This document shows positions 40,043 through 53,974 of a stretch of DNA of 64,000 nucleotides, in pieces. The stretch is taken from assembly GCA_051294375.1 (NCBI GenBank), contig CM119268.1, positions 23,794,773 to 23,858,772 on the forward strand, in the 5' to 3' direction. The notes under the pieces were generated by a model that saw only the letters and a program-made list of their open reading frames with translations, made no database searches and had not been told where the DNA came from. Position 1 is the stretch's first letter. Each line of letters starts with the position of its first letter. Position numbers and translations under genes: made by a program. The DNA is from Paraspadella gotoi (taxonomy: Eukaryota > Animalia > Chaetognatha).

Positions 40043-41011
40043 TAGGGTTCCGATCACCGTTAATTTTTTAGAAATTTCGCTTAACCGTTAAAACTAATAT
40101 TTTTAACGGTTAACCGTTAAAATCGGTTAATTTTATAATTTAACTTTTAGAGAGGAAAACAATTTATTTGTTTTGTTTCAACGAATTTTTAGGACATTTT
40201 TTCGGACATGTTTCGACTCTACAATTAGAGTCTTCATCAGCAATGCTGCAATGATGCTGCAATGCTGATGAATATTCTACATATATAACAAATAAATTGT
40301 TTTCCTCTCTAAATTCAAAACACAACAAAATCAAAAGTCTATACACAATATATAATTTAACTTTAAATTTAAAATATTATTATTTAAATCAAACTAAAGT
40401 ATTTAATGAAATAAAAAATAGCAAAATAGGATATATTATTTTATATAAGAATTTAATTTGCAAGAAAATGTATGCAACTATTTGCATGCGCATATATATT
40501 ATATTTCATTATATTCTTTGATGTAAATGCATAAAATTAATTGAAAGGAAAAATGAAAAAAAAATTGGGAGAAAATAAGTAAAAAAAAGAAAAAAAACAC
40601 TGGAAGGGAAGAAAAAAAATGAAAAAGGTAAAAGAAAAGGGAGAAAAAAAGGAGTGAAAAAAAAGGGGGAAAATAAGGAGGGGAAAAGAGAGGAAGAAAA
40701 AGAAAGGTACAAAAGGAGATTAGTATAGAAAAAAGATTAAAAAGGTTGAAAATAACAAAGGAAAAAAAATAGGAAAAAATTAAAAAGAGAGAGAGGTGAA
40801 AAAATATGGTGAGAAAAGGAGAGAAGAATAAGAGAGGACAAGAAAAAATTTTTTTTCTTTTAAAAAAATCAAAGATTTTATACCAAAAAATTAAAAAATC
40901 ATATTTAAAAATTAACCAAATTTAACCGTTAAAATAAATATATTAACGGTTAGGTTAAAATTATTTTTAACCGTTAATAACCGTTAACTGTTAACGGTTA
41001 TCGTAACCCTA
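40043..41011. mobile_element. hAT-type MITE (969 bp)
   Basis: 21-bp TIR TAGGGTTCCGATCACCGTTAA / TAGGGTTACGATAACCGTTAA, perfect 8-bp TSD CTCGTCAG (40035-40042 and 41012-41019), and subterminal TAACCGTTA/TAACGGTTA repeats. Confidence 0.9.
40202..40243 (-). ncRNA. Minimal type-I hammerhead ribozyme (Penelope-like type)
   Basis: Minus strand TTG CTGATGA A GACTCT AATTGT AGAGTC GAAA CATG TC CGA: complete core, 6-bp stem II, palindromic ACATGT stem III and a 3-bp stem I. Confidence 0.7.
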
Positions 41012-41071
41012 CTCGTCAGATCTATTGCGTTTTTAGTTTTAGTCCTACTATTGTTTACCTATGAATTAATT

Positions 41072-42160
41072 TTTAGTCGGATCTGCTTATAATTCACTTT
41101 GTCGGTCCATCGGTCCGCCCCCTCAATATTGTCGGGCACTCACTTATATCATGTCAGAACATCGAATTATGATAAATTATGCAAAAAAAATGATGTCCGT
41201 CCGTCCGTCCGTCCGTTCCACCTTAGCAAAAAACACCAATTACTCGTGATTGGATGGATGGATTTGAATGAAATTTTGTGTGTGGGTAGGGAAGTGTGTG
41301 ATTGAGCTGGATAGAAAGTTTCGATGGAATCGTCCGAGTGGAAATGAGTTTAAATGGAAAAAAACAAAAAACCTGTTTCACTAATTGATTATGATTTTTT
41401 TTCCTTTTATATTAAATGTATATTCAGGATGTATTAATAAATCAAATAATTAATCAGTTAATTAATCAATTAGTCAATTAATTAATCACTAATTAATTAA
41501 TCAGTATATCAATCCGTCCATCCGTCCCACCTTAGCAAAAAGCCCCAATAACTCGTGATTGGCTGGTTGGATCGGAATGAAATTTTGTGTATGGGTAGGA
41601 ACATGTGTGATGAAGCTGGATATAAAGTTTCGACAGAATCGTGTGAGTGGGTATGAGTTTAAATGGAAAAAAAATAAGTCGCATTTACTAAAATTTTTAA
41701 ACTTATTTTAACCAATAAATACTCTAATTAATCATAATTGGATGGATAGATTGAGTTCAAATTTTGTGTGTGGGTAGGAAAATCTGTGACGAAGCTTGAT
41801 ATAAAGTTTCGGTACGAGTGGAAATGAGTTTAAATGAAAAAAATATGAGTCACATTTACATGACTCTTTTTACTTATTTTAACCCATAATAGATTGAGAT
41901 GAAATTTTGTGAGCGGGAAGGAAAGTGTGTGAAGAAGCTAGATATAAAGTTTTGACGGAATTGTGCCAGTGGAAATGAGTTTAAATGGAAAAAAATATAA
42001 GTCACATTTACTTTATTTTAAGGACATCGATGATGATAAACTGTATATAAATTTATAATTAATTATTAAATATTAAAATTAATTAATTAATTAATTATTT
42101 AATCGATTAATTAATTAATTAATTTTTGTAGGCAGATCCGACATTTTTGTTCAAACTTGT
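41072..42160 (+). mobile_element. HINE/DINE-like (Helentron-associated) non-autonomous element
   Basis: Subterminal inverted repeat GTCGGATCTGC (41076-41086) / GCAGATCCGAC (42132-42142), (GTCC)n microsatellite, four internal ~130-150 bp repeats and T-rich flanks. Confidence 0.75.
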
Positions 42161-43437
42161 TTTTATTAAAAGTAGCAAAAATTGTATTGATCCTTGATTA
42201 GAAAATGCAGCAGATGATTTAAATTAATCCGTAGTCCAGCCCACTTTGTCTTTGGGTTCAAATTTAATCAATTTTGTTGGTAATATTTTAACAATATTCC
42301 AAACAGTGGTTTTTTTTTCTGAATTCCTCGATAGAAATCACTGCCCCTAGCAATACGGAGAAGATCTGACTCTCCCCGGGAATTGTCTATGCTATTTTCC
42401 TGGAGTCACTCTTCAACATCACCGGAGACTACACTTACAGGATTACGACGCATTGACTTTGTATTCACCTCATTACTCTTTTTTGCACTTACTTTAGGCA
42501 GATAGATTGCGCTCTGATCTTGCTCTCCAGTCCCCAAGCAAATAATAACCTTTGGAATTGAGTCATTCAGTCGGAGTAATCAATCTACTCTTAAAAGTTA
42601 AAGCGCAATTTTTTTTTAAACAGGTTATTTTTTTAATTCGTAATAAATTTTTGAGTTCACATACGAGTTACTTTACTTTTTAAATTTAATTTATTTAAAT
42701 TTTAATCTTTTTGTTGAACTTTATGTGGGCAAAATATCCTTGTACTGTAGTTTAAAGTGTTTTACTGTGGGCTGGAAATTATCTAAAACTAACTAAACTA
42801 AACTAAACTAAACTAAACTAAAAGATTCAACTTTTCGTTTTCAGTTTTATTTCTTCATAAATATGAAGAGCGATAACGTGGGGAGTGCAGTGGAGGCATT
42901 GAGCCACTTTTAGATATCAAAATATAAAATAAAGAAATCGATTTGAATTAATATTTTTTATTTCAATTCAATTCATGACTTTTTGCTTCCAACACCAATG
43001 GAGTTCCTTTCTCTCACAGAGCCAAAGACGGTATTCAGAAAGATGCTAAAAAAATGATAATAAATGTTTAATAACTAATCAAAGATCAACAACCATGATT
43101 TAAGATGGTTCTATCCCAGATTAACCTCCATCTTTCGGCTCTCTTTTCCAACAGCGACCCATATCTGTTGATCTGTCCAAGTTTAATTTTAATCATAATA
43201 TTTAATTTAAAAATATTCTTAAACCTACAATAAAATTCTTAACCTTAATTCGTAATCTTAATCCCTAACTCTAATCCATAGCCGTAATCAATAACCTAAT
43301 TAATAATAATAATAATAATTAATAATCCATAACCTTATTCACTATCCTAATCCCCAACCTAATCATTATCCTTAACCTCTAATTTAATCTTTAACCCAAA
43401 AAATTAACCTAATTACGAATAAATGATGAAAAGAAGG

Positions 43438-43488
<51 letters not shown>

Positions 43489-43489
43489 T

Positions 43490-43791
43490 TCACAGGAGAA
43501 AGAAGATGAAGATAAATAAGAAGAGAAAGAGATATTTTAGGTCTTCTTCTTCAATACGAGGCGTCGAAACTTGGTAGCTGAAAACATGGAAGGATGAAAA
43601 CATGGGGGTTAAAAACATAGAAGCATGAAAACATGGGTGTTTAAAACATGGAAGCATAAAGACAAGGTAGCTGAAAACATGGAGGCATGAAAACATGGAA
43701 GCATGAAAACATGGAAGCATGAAAACATGGTAGCTGAAAACATGGAATAAGAAAAAACGAAATTATGAAAACATGGTAAAAAACATAGTAG

Positions 43792-43828
<37 letters not shown>

Positions 43829-44150
43829 CTCTCTCCTCTCTCTCTCATCTCTCTCTCTCTCTCTCTCTCACCTCACATAACTGGCGAACACGGCAAAGAT
43901 GATGACTTTAACGATAAAATATCTCTGTCTCCTGTTCACGTCTTGTTCTTGCTTTAACTTATCCTTGTAGTAGTAATGATAATATTGTTCGTAAACAAAA
44001 TCGCATAGCCTATCGCTCAACGACGGTTCGGTCCTTTGAAATTTTTGATAAACACCGTAAAAAAAATCGGATATTTTATCTTTGAACGACTTTTGTTTTA
44101 TGAAAAATAAAAATGAGGACGCTACTCGTCCATCGCCGGTAGAGGGCGAG
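43490..44150 (-). CDS. Two spliced exons of a small putative membrane protein (exon ~44150-43872; exon 43577-43490)
   Basis: The donor AG|GTGAG at 43872/43871 and the acceptor TTTTCAG|C at 43578/43577 join in frame (...FAVFASYVS-YQVSTPRIEEEDLKYLFLFLFIFIFFLL*). Two hydrophobic stretches; the start codon is not resolved. Confidence 0.4.
43572..43785 (+). repeat. 16-bp minisatellite (AAAACATGGAAGCATG)n
   Basis: About 12 degenerate tandem units. Confidence 0.85.
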
Positions 44151-44167
44151 GGAAAAGAGATATTGTT

Positions 44168-44232
<65 letters not shown>

Positions 44233-44353
44233 AAGAGAGACGAGAGAGAGAGAGGAAGAAAAGAGAGAGAGACGAAGAGATGAGAGAAGAGAGAGAAAGA
44301 GCGAGATAGAAGAGGAGAGAGAGAGAAAAGAGCGAGATAGAAAGAGAGAGAGA

Positions 44354-44388
<35 letters not shown>

Positions 44389-44421
44389 GAGAGACTGAGA
44401 CAGACAGAGACAGAAACAGAC

Positions 44422-44457
<36 letters not shown>

Positions 44458-44660
44458 AAAGAGAGAAGAGAGAGAGACAGAGACAGAGACAGACAGAGAG
44501 ACAGAGAGAGAGAGAGAAGAGACAGAAAGAGAGATGATCGCTGATTGAAGGAGCCATAAATTCGAAACTTGGAAATTCGTAATGAAAAGAGAGAAATGAG
44601 AGAAAGAGAAATCAATATTATGTATTATATATTATATTATTATATTATATGTATTAACTA

Positions 44661-47600
44661 TGTGGATAAAAGGCAGGTTGCCGAATTTAGTACATAAATG
44701 CTTACTAATGCTTATTGAGAATAGAACAATTAGGATCAAGATAAATTCACCATCAGAATTATAATCAGATTAAAAAACAAGGACACAGAGAAAAAAGGTA
44801 CCTCTTAGTCACAGGCCTCAGAGATCTAAATTGACTTGATGCCAGCTTTTTTATTTACCTTAAGTAACTTCTCTTCTAACACAACGTTGTTCTTTATTTA
44901 ATAGAGCGATAAGTAAAACACAAGATAAACTAGTATTACAAATATTATTATATAATATTGTCATCGAGATAACTAACAGCTATAACGCCCCAGCCGGTTG
45001 AAAAGGTAATTTTCAAACGTCTAAAAAGCTTGTTGTTGGAAAGTGCTAACATTTTATAATATGATTATTCATTAACAATTAATACTATACGTACGTTGGT
45101 AGAGAGACTTTTGTGTAACAATACCATCAATTTTCGTTTTTGTCGAAACAGAACATAATTACAGAACATAATTAAACTTTCAAGTAAGAATCTAGAGTTG
45201 AAGGAAAAGAAGAAAAAAAGTACAGGGTCAACATTCACACAAGTGAAACACACGTTTAGTTTAAACTATTATTTACACCAAATATACTTTATCAGCTTTG
45301 AGTACAAGTTTTTAATCCGCCACAGTGTTGTATATTAATATTGATATAAAAACTACAAAAAAGGTTTAGGAATAATTGACTTTTATAGTTTGTAGACTTG
45401 AAGATTTGGAGTTTGACACACGATACCCTGTATTTGGAGAATTTTCGCGCGAGAACGGCCGGCGTAATTCCTCGACAACGGCATGAGTGAAGACCGCCGA
45501 CGTTGATGCAGAGTCACAGGGGTTGAAGGACTGAGAGAGGGGGGAGTGGGGGAAGAGGGTGAGGAAGGTGGTGAGGGGGTGGGGCGAGATTAGGGGGAGG
45601 AACACGAGAGATTTTGGCCATCCTCATCATCGTCAGGAAAACTGCGAAATTTGCGAAAATGTTAATATGATTTCGCCGGGTTTCGGCAGTCTTGTGATCG
45701 AGTTTGACGTGGAACGTCCGGGCGCCGGTTGACGAGGCCGTAGACCCGGGCGGCGTCCGGCTCAGCCGGGAGAAGGTGCCGAGGGATCTGATGGGGAGAA
45801 GGCGCGATTTCGCCAGTCATCAGAGCAGACCTGTCGCGAATTTTGTTGATTTTGACGGTTTGGCAGTTTTGTCATCGATGTCGTCGCGGCCTGTTTGACC
45901 GACACCGTCCGTAGACTCGGGCGGCCGTCCTGGTGGAGGAGGAGGGAGGAGGAGGAGGTAGGTGCGTGGTCTGGCGGATTGACCATCGCTGGTTCACTGT
46001 GGAGCATGATAGCTGGTTTTAAAGGCGCGAAAGTGGCGATGTCTGTCCGAGCCACGTCCGGAATTTCAACGCAGTAGTTTTTGAGGGCCACATGGAGATG
46101 ACTCGGAAGGGGCCAAGGTACGGAGTAGTGAGGGTTGGTTGAACCCCAGACGCCGTTTGAACCAAGACGTGAGTCGCTTCTTTAAGGCTTCGGACGAATA
46201 CTGCTGGTGTGACGATGGGCAGAGGTCGGAAATAGGGCGTATCTTGCCTACTTCCAAATCGCACAATTCGCGATAAATTTTGACGTTGTGAATTTCCAAA
46301 ACTCAGGATCGTCTGTAGAGTTGAGGGAGAGGTCGCCAAGGGACCTGCCAAGGAGGCCTGTATCGCCGAATACCAGAATCAGCAGGGGAAGCTCGATGTC
46401 CGAGTTTGAGGTCTTGTAGTCGAGCGCCAGAAGGGCCTGCAGGAAGGCGCCAATAACCATACGTCACGCGCTTCATTTGCAGAGGGCGACTAAAGCCTCT
46501 TTAAGGACGTCGATGCATTATCGCTCTAATTAACCAAGGCCGTTTGCCCTCTGGATGGTAGGGCGGGCGGTTGAGTTTAACGATTCCCCACATGTTCCAT
46601 CATCTTGTTTCCAACAAACTGTTGACGTGAAAATTGTGAGCCTCTGTCTGTATTGCTTATAGTGCGATGCGGAATGCCGTAGGTGAGACCCCACCACTGG
46701 TGCAAAAGGAATCGATCACCGTTTGAGCAGCAAATGTCCTATGGAAAGCTGCTGAGCCACCTTGAAAATTCTTATCAACTTAGGTTTAATAGGTACGCGA
46801 TCACATCTTGAAAATGGAACCGTGACCATGTCACACGATGGAGGTGGGAAATCGGCGAGTCCAGGAAACCTTAAATTCGCCGATTGCAGGGACTGTGGTT
46901 TGGTTACTTTCGGGCATGTTACAGTCCAAGGCATTCCGGCACTTGGAAAGGCGTCTTCCCGCACTGATGGCCAAACAAATTTTCCGTGATTTTTGCCTAC
47001 GAGGTTCGGCTCGACTCCGGGTGGACCAAGACCATGAATGCATCAAAGATTTTTCTCGCCCACGTTTGACAAGGAAAAAGGCGAGCGGGACCCGTGCTAC
47101 ATCGACATAAGCTCTTGCTCGCCACCATAGAAACCTTCTAATCGAAGACCAGGAATTCTTCGTCGGAACTAATGTTTTGAAAATCGGCAGTCCAGAGGCT
47201 GATCCTTTGCATTCTCCTCAAGATTAATCTTGGATCCAACTAAAGAGATGGACGTGATTAAAACTTCTATTTTCTGGCTGGGATTGCTTGGTGATGGTGC
47301 AAAACATATTGTGGAGGTTTGGGGATTTTCGGCCGGGATGGGATGACAAGGAACAGGGCCATCAGCCCCATACAAAAGAACCCATTTGATTTTCCTCTAT
47401 ATATCCACGTCCCGTCGTGAATTCACCCGCGATGCCTGCTAATTGATAAGATTTTGTCTTTTCAGTATTGTGGCTCTGATTTTTTTGGCGATTGCTGGAA
47501 TCACTTTGTGATCAGTATAGTAATGTAAAGATTTCGCCCTTCTAGTGAATGATTTGAAATGACGGATCCGCGTCGAAATGGCCGCAGAAAAGTTCGCACG

Positions 47601-50600
47601 ATCAAAGGAGGCAGTTCCTCTGATTTGGTTGCAGACTTGCCAGTAGAAGGCAAGCGACGTTCCCAACCGCTGGGTCCTCGCTGTTCTAAAACAGCTCCAA
47701 TGGCGTAATTGAGGCATCGCGTGGTCAGGGCACAGCAGAGGCATTCAGCCACGAAGGGTGGTAAGCATTGTGGCGAACGCCACGGCCTTCTTCACGCCTC
47801 ACAAAGAGTTTTGACATTTGTCCAAACAGCTCTTTGAGTTTTCCTTAAGCGGCTTCAAAAGGTGGAAGAGGTGAGAGGCGGCCTTAGGAATAAATCTCCG
47901 GTAGATAATTAATCATGACCGAGAAACACTTTTTGGGATTTCCTTCACCGTGTCGTGTTTTCGTCTCTTGATAGGCTTTCACTCTTTCTTGTAAAGGGTG
48001 TGATTTCCATCTTGTTTCACCTTGTATCTCAAAGAAATTCTAGCTCAGACTTGCCCCAAGACCACTTTTTCCTTCATTTATCAAGAGGCCGTTGTTGGGC
48101 TGAGAGAATTTTTTGAAAACCTGTTCCAGAGGTCCTCGTGATAGCCATGGCTGCTAAATGCAGGTTTCGGAGGCAACCAAAATGTCGTCGATATAGACCA
48201 TATACATGGACTCCATACATCTCGTCCCAGAGGCGTGAAAGTTCTTAGGCCATCCGCCATGTTTTTTTAAGCCAAATGGGACGTGCGGGAAAAAACAACC
48301 AATACCCAACATGGCCGCAACATGACGCCGGTTTCTGGGTACACATCTTTCCTTCGTCCAACGGATTTGAATGGTACCACTTTCATGCAAGTCTATCTTG
48401 AGCTAACAGCTTCCTTGCCAGCCAAATCGCCGTAAATGGTCAGCTGCTTTTCACTGGTATTTGTCCATCCACTGTCTGGCAGTTAAGCCGACGGTAATCT
48501 CACCAACATACGCGATAGCCCCAGTGTCCAGTCTTATTGTTAACAACAAGGATGGCGAACGCCCACATCGCTTTTGGCTCGGAGCGTGCATACCCCACGC
48601 CAGACTTGCAGAGTTTATCAAGTTTCTTTTCGGCCCACTGCGGTTTCTCTGGATTAGCGGCGGGCGCGCTCTGGGACAGGTTGGCCCGTCGTCACGAATA
48701 TATTACGAACCCGTGTTTCTGGCTCTTTTGCTCGTCGAAAGTGGGGTTTGTAAGATCAGGGAACTTCCTCATACGTAATCAGCGCGATGGAAAGGAAGTT
48801 ATTCAGCAAGTAGCTGGACATAGTTGACATTGCCTGGGGCGTTTGAATCCTCATCCACGGAGGCTCAAATGGTTGAAAAATCGTTCAAATAGATGACACT
48901 ATCAGAACCGCCACAACTTCGTTATGAGATTTGTTGCAGAGATAAGTATCAGCTAAAAATCGTGCGGCCGAGAATTTAGACTGGGCGTGTATGAGTTTAC
49001 ATCAGCAATAATGAAAAGGGAAGGAATATTTTCTCTTCCTAAATTAACCTCGAATGGTTATTTGGCCAAAACATTTAACTAGAAGTGCCATTGGCGGCGA
49101 CGAAGAAGAAGTAGTGAGAGGGGAAAGAGAGCGCTGCTCGGAGTTGGGGGAAGATTGACAGAAGGGCGCCGCTGTCAATCAACCACGCGGCGCCGTGTTG
49201 ACTGCATCGTGGACATAGAGCAGGTTTTCCCCAACTCTTCTTGGCCGGGAACGCGTATCACTCCGTCTCGCCGCCTTACCGTTTCCCCGTCTTCTGAAAG
49301 AGGGCAATCGGAGTGCATCTCTTTGCATCAGGGCCATAATTACATGGGAGGGAGCAGAGTTTCCAGCGTTTTGATTCCTGACTGGGCTGGAGTTGAAGCT
49401 TTTCTGAATTCTGAGGCCTGCTTTGGATTTCTGAAGCTTTTAAATCGTGGAATGGAGGAACATTGGAAATTGTTTCTTCCTTTTCTTGAATGGCGTTGAC
49501 GTCATAATTTTCCTCAGCATCTTCATCGTGAAGTTTCCGTTGACTTCATTGAGATCTGTGGAGCTGCGAGGCGTGGAGACGGCCTTTGTGGATCAAATAC
49601 CGACTGCAATCCTCGCCGGGTTTTTGAATCAGCAATCAGCGACTTTGTCGTTATGGCACGCTGAATCTCTTGTGGAAGTCTCGTACCATATAGTTTCCTT
49701 GAGATATATCGTCAACGGAACGTTTCCGCCGCTCTCTCCGGTCAGTTTTCGCTAAAAGTTGTAGATGGGCGACACGCGTACACGGCGGATTCCTTCGACT
49801 AAGAGAGGCCGCTTTTCTGAGCTTTTGGTGCGCGCCGATATTTCCGTCTGGAGAATAAATCGAGAAATTACCAATCCACTTTCCTCAGCCTGTAGGATTC
49901 CAATAGAAGAGAAAAGCAATTACTCTCCGGATTGAAGATCGACTTTAAATTTAGATCGAGATGCCGAAATTATTTTTGGTTTGTATATTCACTCGGCGTA
50001 AAAATGCCGCTTCCATTCCGCTTAACCAAGATCTCGACGTTCTGAGGCACAAATCGGGAATCTACGGTTTTCCACTGCTGCTCCGCTGCTGCTGCACTGG
50101 CGTTGCCAACTCTGATTGCGACTGTTGCTGCTGTGAAGGGGCGGCCAGCACAGCGGCGGCGACCAGTCTGTGCCAAAACGCTCTCTGAGTTTCTCCCCTC
50201 CAATAGCAAAACTAGGTTCCGAGTTGGTAGCGGAGGTAGAATTCTCTCAGAGGCAGGGGAAAGTGAGCGTAGGAAACTGGGAAGAAAGGCCGAACCCGCG
50301 AGAGCGTTGGGAAATGGCGGGTCCTCAATACCGGGCCGCGCCAAAACGGGAGTTGAATTGAGAGAGCGCAAAAGATCGGAGTCACTGGCCCCTATCTGCG
50401 CCGTCCATGAGACGTCAGGGAACGAAGACAAGGCGGAACGATACGAGGGTGCGTCGCGGCAATCCTAACGCCGCGTTGGGGTCGAGGATCTGAGTTTTTG
50501 TACCCCGAGCAGAATTAAAAGGCACTGCGTTGTTCTGAGTCGCCGGCTCGTCGCGCGGAATGAAAGGAGAGGGTGAGGGGAGAAAAAGGATTGTGTGAGA

Positions 50601-51078
50601 AAGGGCGATTTTCGCCTAATTCAACACTCGCCGTCGCCCTCAACTGTAGAACCATGAGTTTGCCTTCTTGCTTCATTGAAATTGCCTTGAAAGTTCATCT
50701 TGGTTTTGTTATAAACAGAACTAAGGCCGGTTCAAAAGGTTGCAGAACTGTTCGTAGGAGGACTCACGCAGGTGTGGATAAAAGCAGGTTGCCGAATTTA
50801 GTAAATAAATGCTTATAATGCTTATGAGAAATAAGAACAATTAGGATCAGATAAATTCACAGAATTTATAATCAGATTAAAACAAGGACACAGAGAAAAA
50901 AACGGTACCATCTAGTCACCAGGCGCAAGATCTAATGACTTGAATCCAAGCTTTATTTACCTTTAACTTCTCTTCTTTAACAACGTTGTTACATTATTAT
51001 AGAGGGCAGATAAGTAAAACAAAAGATACTAGTATAAGAAATATTATTATAAATAATTGTCAATGAGATAACACAGCA
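44661..51078 (-). mobile_element. Ty3/Gypsy LTR retrotransposon, frameshifted (element B)
   Basis: LTRs at ~44661-44985 and ~50773-51078. Minus-strand remnants: protease WLIDSGALLSI (~49153-49187), RT VYIDDILVAS, RNase H AIGAVLEQRGPSGWE and integrase TPYLGPF. Slippery GGGAAAC at 49281-49287. Confidence 0.9.
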
Positions 51079-51689
51079 TATATATTCTATATATTATATA
51101 TTTGATACACAGGTACTCAGGGAGTGAATAAACGAGGGACATGATAGCTTATTTATTAAATGAATGAGAAATGTCATATTGGTTATACCAATTTCATTTT
51201 ATATTATATTATATTAAATAATGAAAAAATTAAACGAGGATAAATATATAAAAAAAACAGTTTGTGATTGTTTACGAAATTTGTATGACCGATATAAAAA
51301 TTGTTCATTCCTTTACAAAATTCGATATCTTGTCATTGCAAGCTCTCAATCTGGACTCGTCTATTTTAATCACTCCCAAAGTACCTGACCTCCCTATCAC
51401 CGAAATGATATAATAATATTTCAATAGTATAAAATCTCCTTTCCTTTTAATTTTTGTACTCCTGCATTGAAATGAAATGGAAAAAAAGAAAGAAAAGAAA
51501 GAATTCTCTTTTACTTTTATTCTTTTTCTTATTTTTCTCTTTTTTCTTTTCTCATTTTCGGGATCAAAAGGACAACGAAAATAAGATCGGTTCATCCAAT
51601 ATGTTTCGCCGCAGTGACTCTATTCTCACGTGTATTTCTCGTGACGTGACATGACATGACATGACTACAATAACTTTTTTATTCTGAAT

Positions 51690-51935
51690 CGCTTTTATTA
51701 TTTAGGCGGCGTTAGCAGTCACTAAAAGTTAAATTTTAGGATTTTTACCCTTTTAACAAATGAGCAGCTAACTATGGACAAGAGAAATGAGCATTTTCAA
51801 CGTAAGTGGGACAGACCGACCGACAGACATACCGACCGACCGACAGACCGACGGACAGACATACCGACCGACCGACAGACCGACCGAAAAGTGACTTATA
51901 GGGTTGCTCCGCGATCACTCACGGCGAAACTAAAA
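51690..51935 (-). mobile_element. Short HINE-like element end with (GTCG/GTCT)n microsatellite
   Basis: Minus strand TTTTTAGTT...CCTATAAGTCACTTTTCGGTCGGTCTGTCGGTC resembles the 5' end of the 41072 element. Confidence 0.5.
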
Positions 51936-52040
51936 AGGAAAACAGTAAAAGATAGAAAAGAAAAGAAAGTAAAAAAACAGATAACAGAAAAGATAGTAAA
52001 AAAAAACTAAAGGAAATAAACAAAAGAGAAGCAGCTTCTA

Positions 52041-52161
52041 CGCCTTTCGTCTTCGCATTTCGTCTTCGCCTTTCGTCTTCGCCTTTCGTCTTCGCCTTTC
52101 GTCTTCGCCTTTAGTCTTCGACTTTCGTCTTCGCCTTTCGTCTTCGCCTTTCGCCTTTCGT
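52041..52161 (+). repeat. 13-bp minisatellite (CGCCTTTCGTCTT)n
   Basis: About 9 tandem units. Confidence 0.9.
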
Positions 52162-52799
52162 AAAAGATAACTCGTGGTTGACGTCGAAAAGAGATTAACG
52201 GATGGATGCGCGCTTCCTCATAGCATTGGTCTGCTTGATTGATTGATTGATTGAGTGATTAATTAACACATAAAATGATTCATATATTGATCTATATGAT
52301 TGACCGGCTCTTTTTAAGCTTCATTAATTCATTCAACCATTTTTTTTATTGTTTCATCTTTTCATTTCTAAGTTAACTCCTAAGTACTGATGACATACCG
52401 TTGTACCCGAGGACGCGCTGTCCCATTTTATTTTTTTAAGTTGACTAAAAATAAATCTAATTAATGTTCATAATTATATTAATACTTATATTATTAAATT
52501 CATATCTTGATTTCAGGTTTGCGTCTTTCAGGCCGTCATCCCAGAACCGCTAGAGACTTTGAGTGGATGTAAGTCAATAATTTTGTCTTAAACAAAATAA
52601 AATATATTTAATAAACTTAATTTTTTTACAATAAAAAGTGACGATAGAGGAAACGCAAATTTTGATGCAATTGATTCAAAGATTTCTCAATGAGGAACAA
52701 GAAGAAGAAAAGGTAATTGCAATATGGCTCTCTTATCCAGGAGCACCCCAATTTCATTATTTTAGATCCTGGGTACAATTTTTATTTTAATATTTAATT

Positions 52800-53173
52800 A
52801 TAATCTAACCTAATCCTAATTCTAATCATTAACCTAATCCTTAACCTTAATCCTTAACCTTAACCATAATCCTTAACCATATTCCCTAACCCTACCCTAA
52901 TCCTAATCCTTAACCTAATCCTAATCCTTAAGCTAATCCTTAACCTTAATCCTTAATCTTATCCTTAATCTAAATCCTTAACCCTATTCCCTAACCCTAC
53001 CCTAATCTTAATCCTTAACCTACTCCTTAACTTTAATCAGTAATCCTTAATCTTAATCTTAATCCTTAACCCTATTCCCTAGGGTTAACCCTTAACCCTA
53101 CCTTAATCTGTAACCTAATCCTTAACCTTAATCTTTAATCCTTAATCTTAACCTTAATCCTTAATCTTAACCT
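52800..53173 (+). repeat. Degenerate telomere-like (CCTTAA/CCTAAT) array; continues at 59665-59880 after the Gypsy insertion
   Basis: taacctaatccttaacc units on both sides of the element. Confidence 0.85.
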
Positions 53174-53678
53174 TGTGGCAAGGCCCACGAGTTATGCCAC
53201 AGCGTGACGGGGTGGGCGTGACAACACGAGTGTCACGTACTAAGACGATTATTATGAGTAATGACGTCGCAGGGAAAATGTGTCACGTGATGAATAATTA
53301 ATTGTTTTTGATAACTCATTAATGTATTCTATACATTTGTTTGTGATAAAATAAAACGAAGGAATATCATAGTAAATGATAAGAGCATAGTTTATTTCAT
53401 GAGTTAAAATCCAGACTGAATTTGATTCAGTAAACAATCAATAAAGAAGAGTATCAAATAACAAAAGGTTTAAACCATATTGACATCTACTGGAGATTGA
53501 GGTAAAACAAAAGATTCAGCTTTTGTTAAAGTTATAACAAGGATATTTGTTCAAAAGATTTTATGGTTGTCTGGATGCTGAGAGTTGTAACTCTAGACAT
53601 TCCAGAGCTCGAGTCCGGGTTCGATCCCGGAGGCGGAATATATTTTCATAATTGGAATAAACTACTCAATTAACTACA
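53174..53678 (-). repeat. 3' LTR of element C
   Basis: Direct repeat of 59159-59664; the PPT AAGAAGGGGGCG (53679-53690, minus strand) is adjacent. Confidence 0.95.
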
Positions 53679-53974
53679 CGCCCCCTTCTTGAAATATAAC
53701 GCTTTATATATCAATAACCAAAATTTAAAAAATAAAATTATTGTCGTCTTGAGTGTGTATGAATGTGTGGAATAATATTCTTCATTAAAATCATTGTAAA
53801 CGGGTATAAGAAATCTTTCAAAATAGACATCGATTGACTTTGACTCAGAAATTTCCAAAATATCAAAATATTTAAAATTTCGAAAAATAGAATGACAAAT
53901 CCAAAATACTATTTACTATTTACAATAACTACATGTCGAAGTCAGTGGCCGGAGTCTCGATGACGGATGGTGGA

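Noticed and set aside
52516-52712. Two short AG...GT bounded exon-like segments on the + strand
   Set aside because: The splice-like signals are present, but I could not establish a convincing reading frame or product.
52800-53173. True telomere
   Set aside because: The array is highly degenerate, short and interstitial, with several similar arrays in the window.
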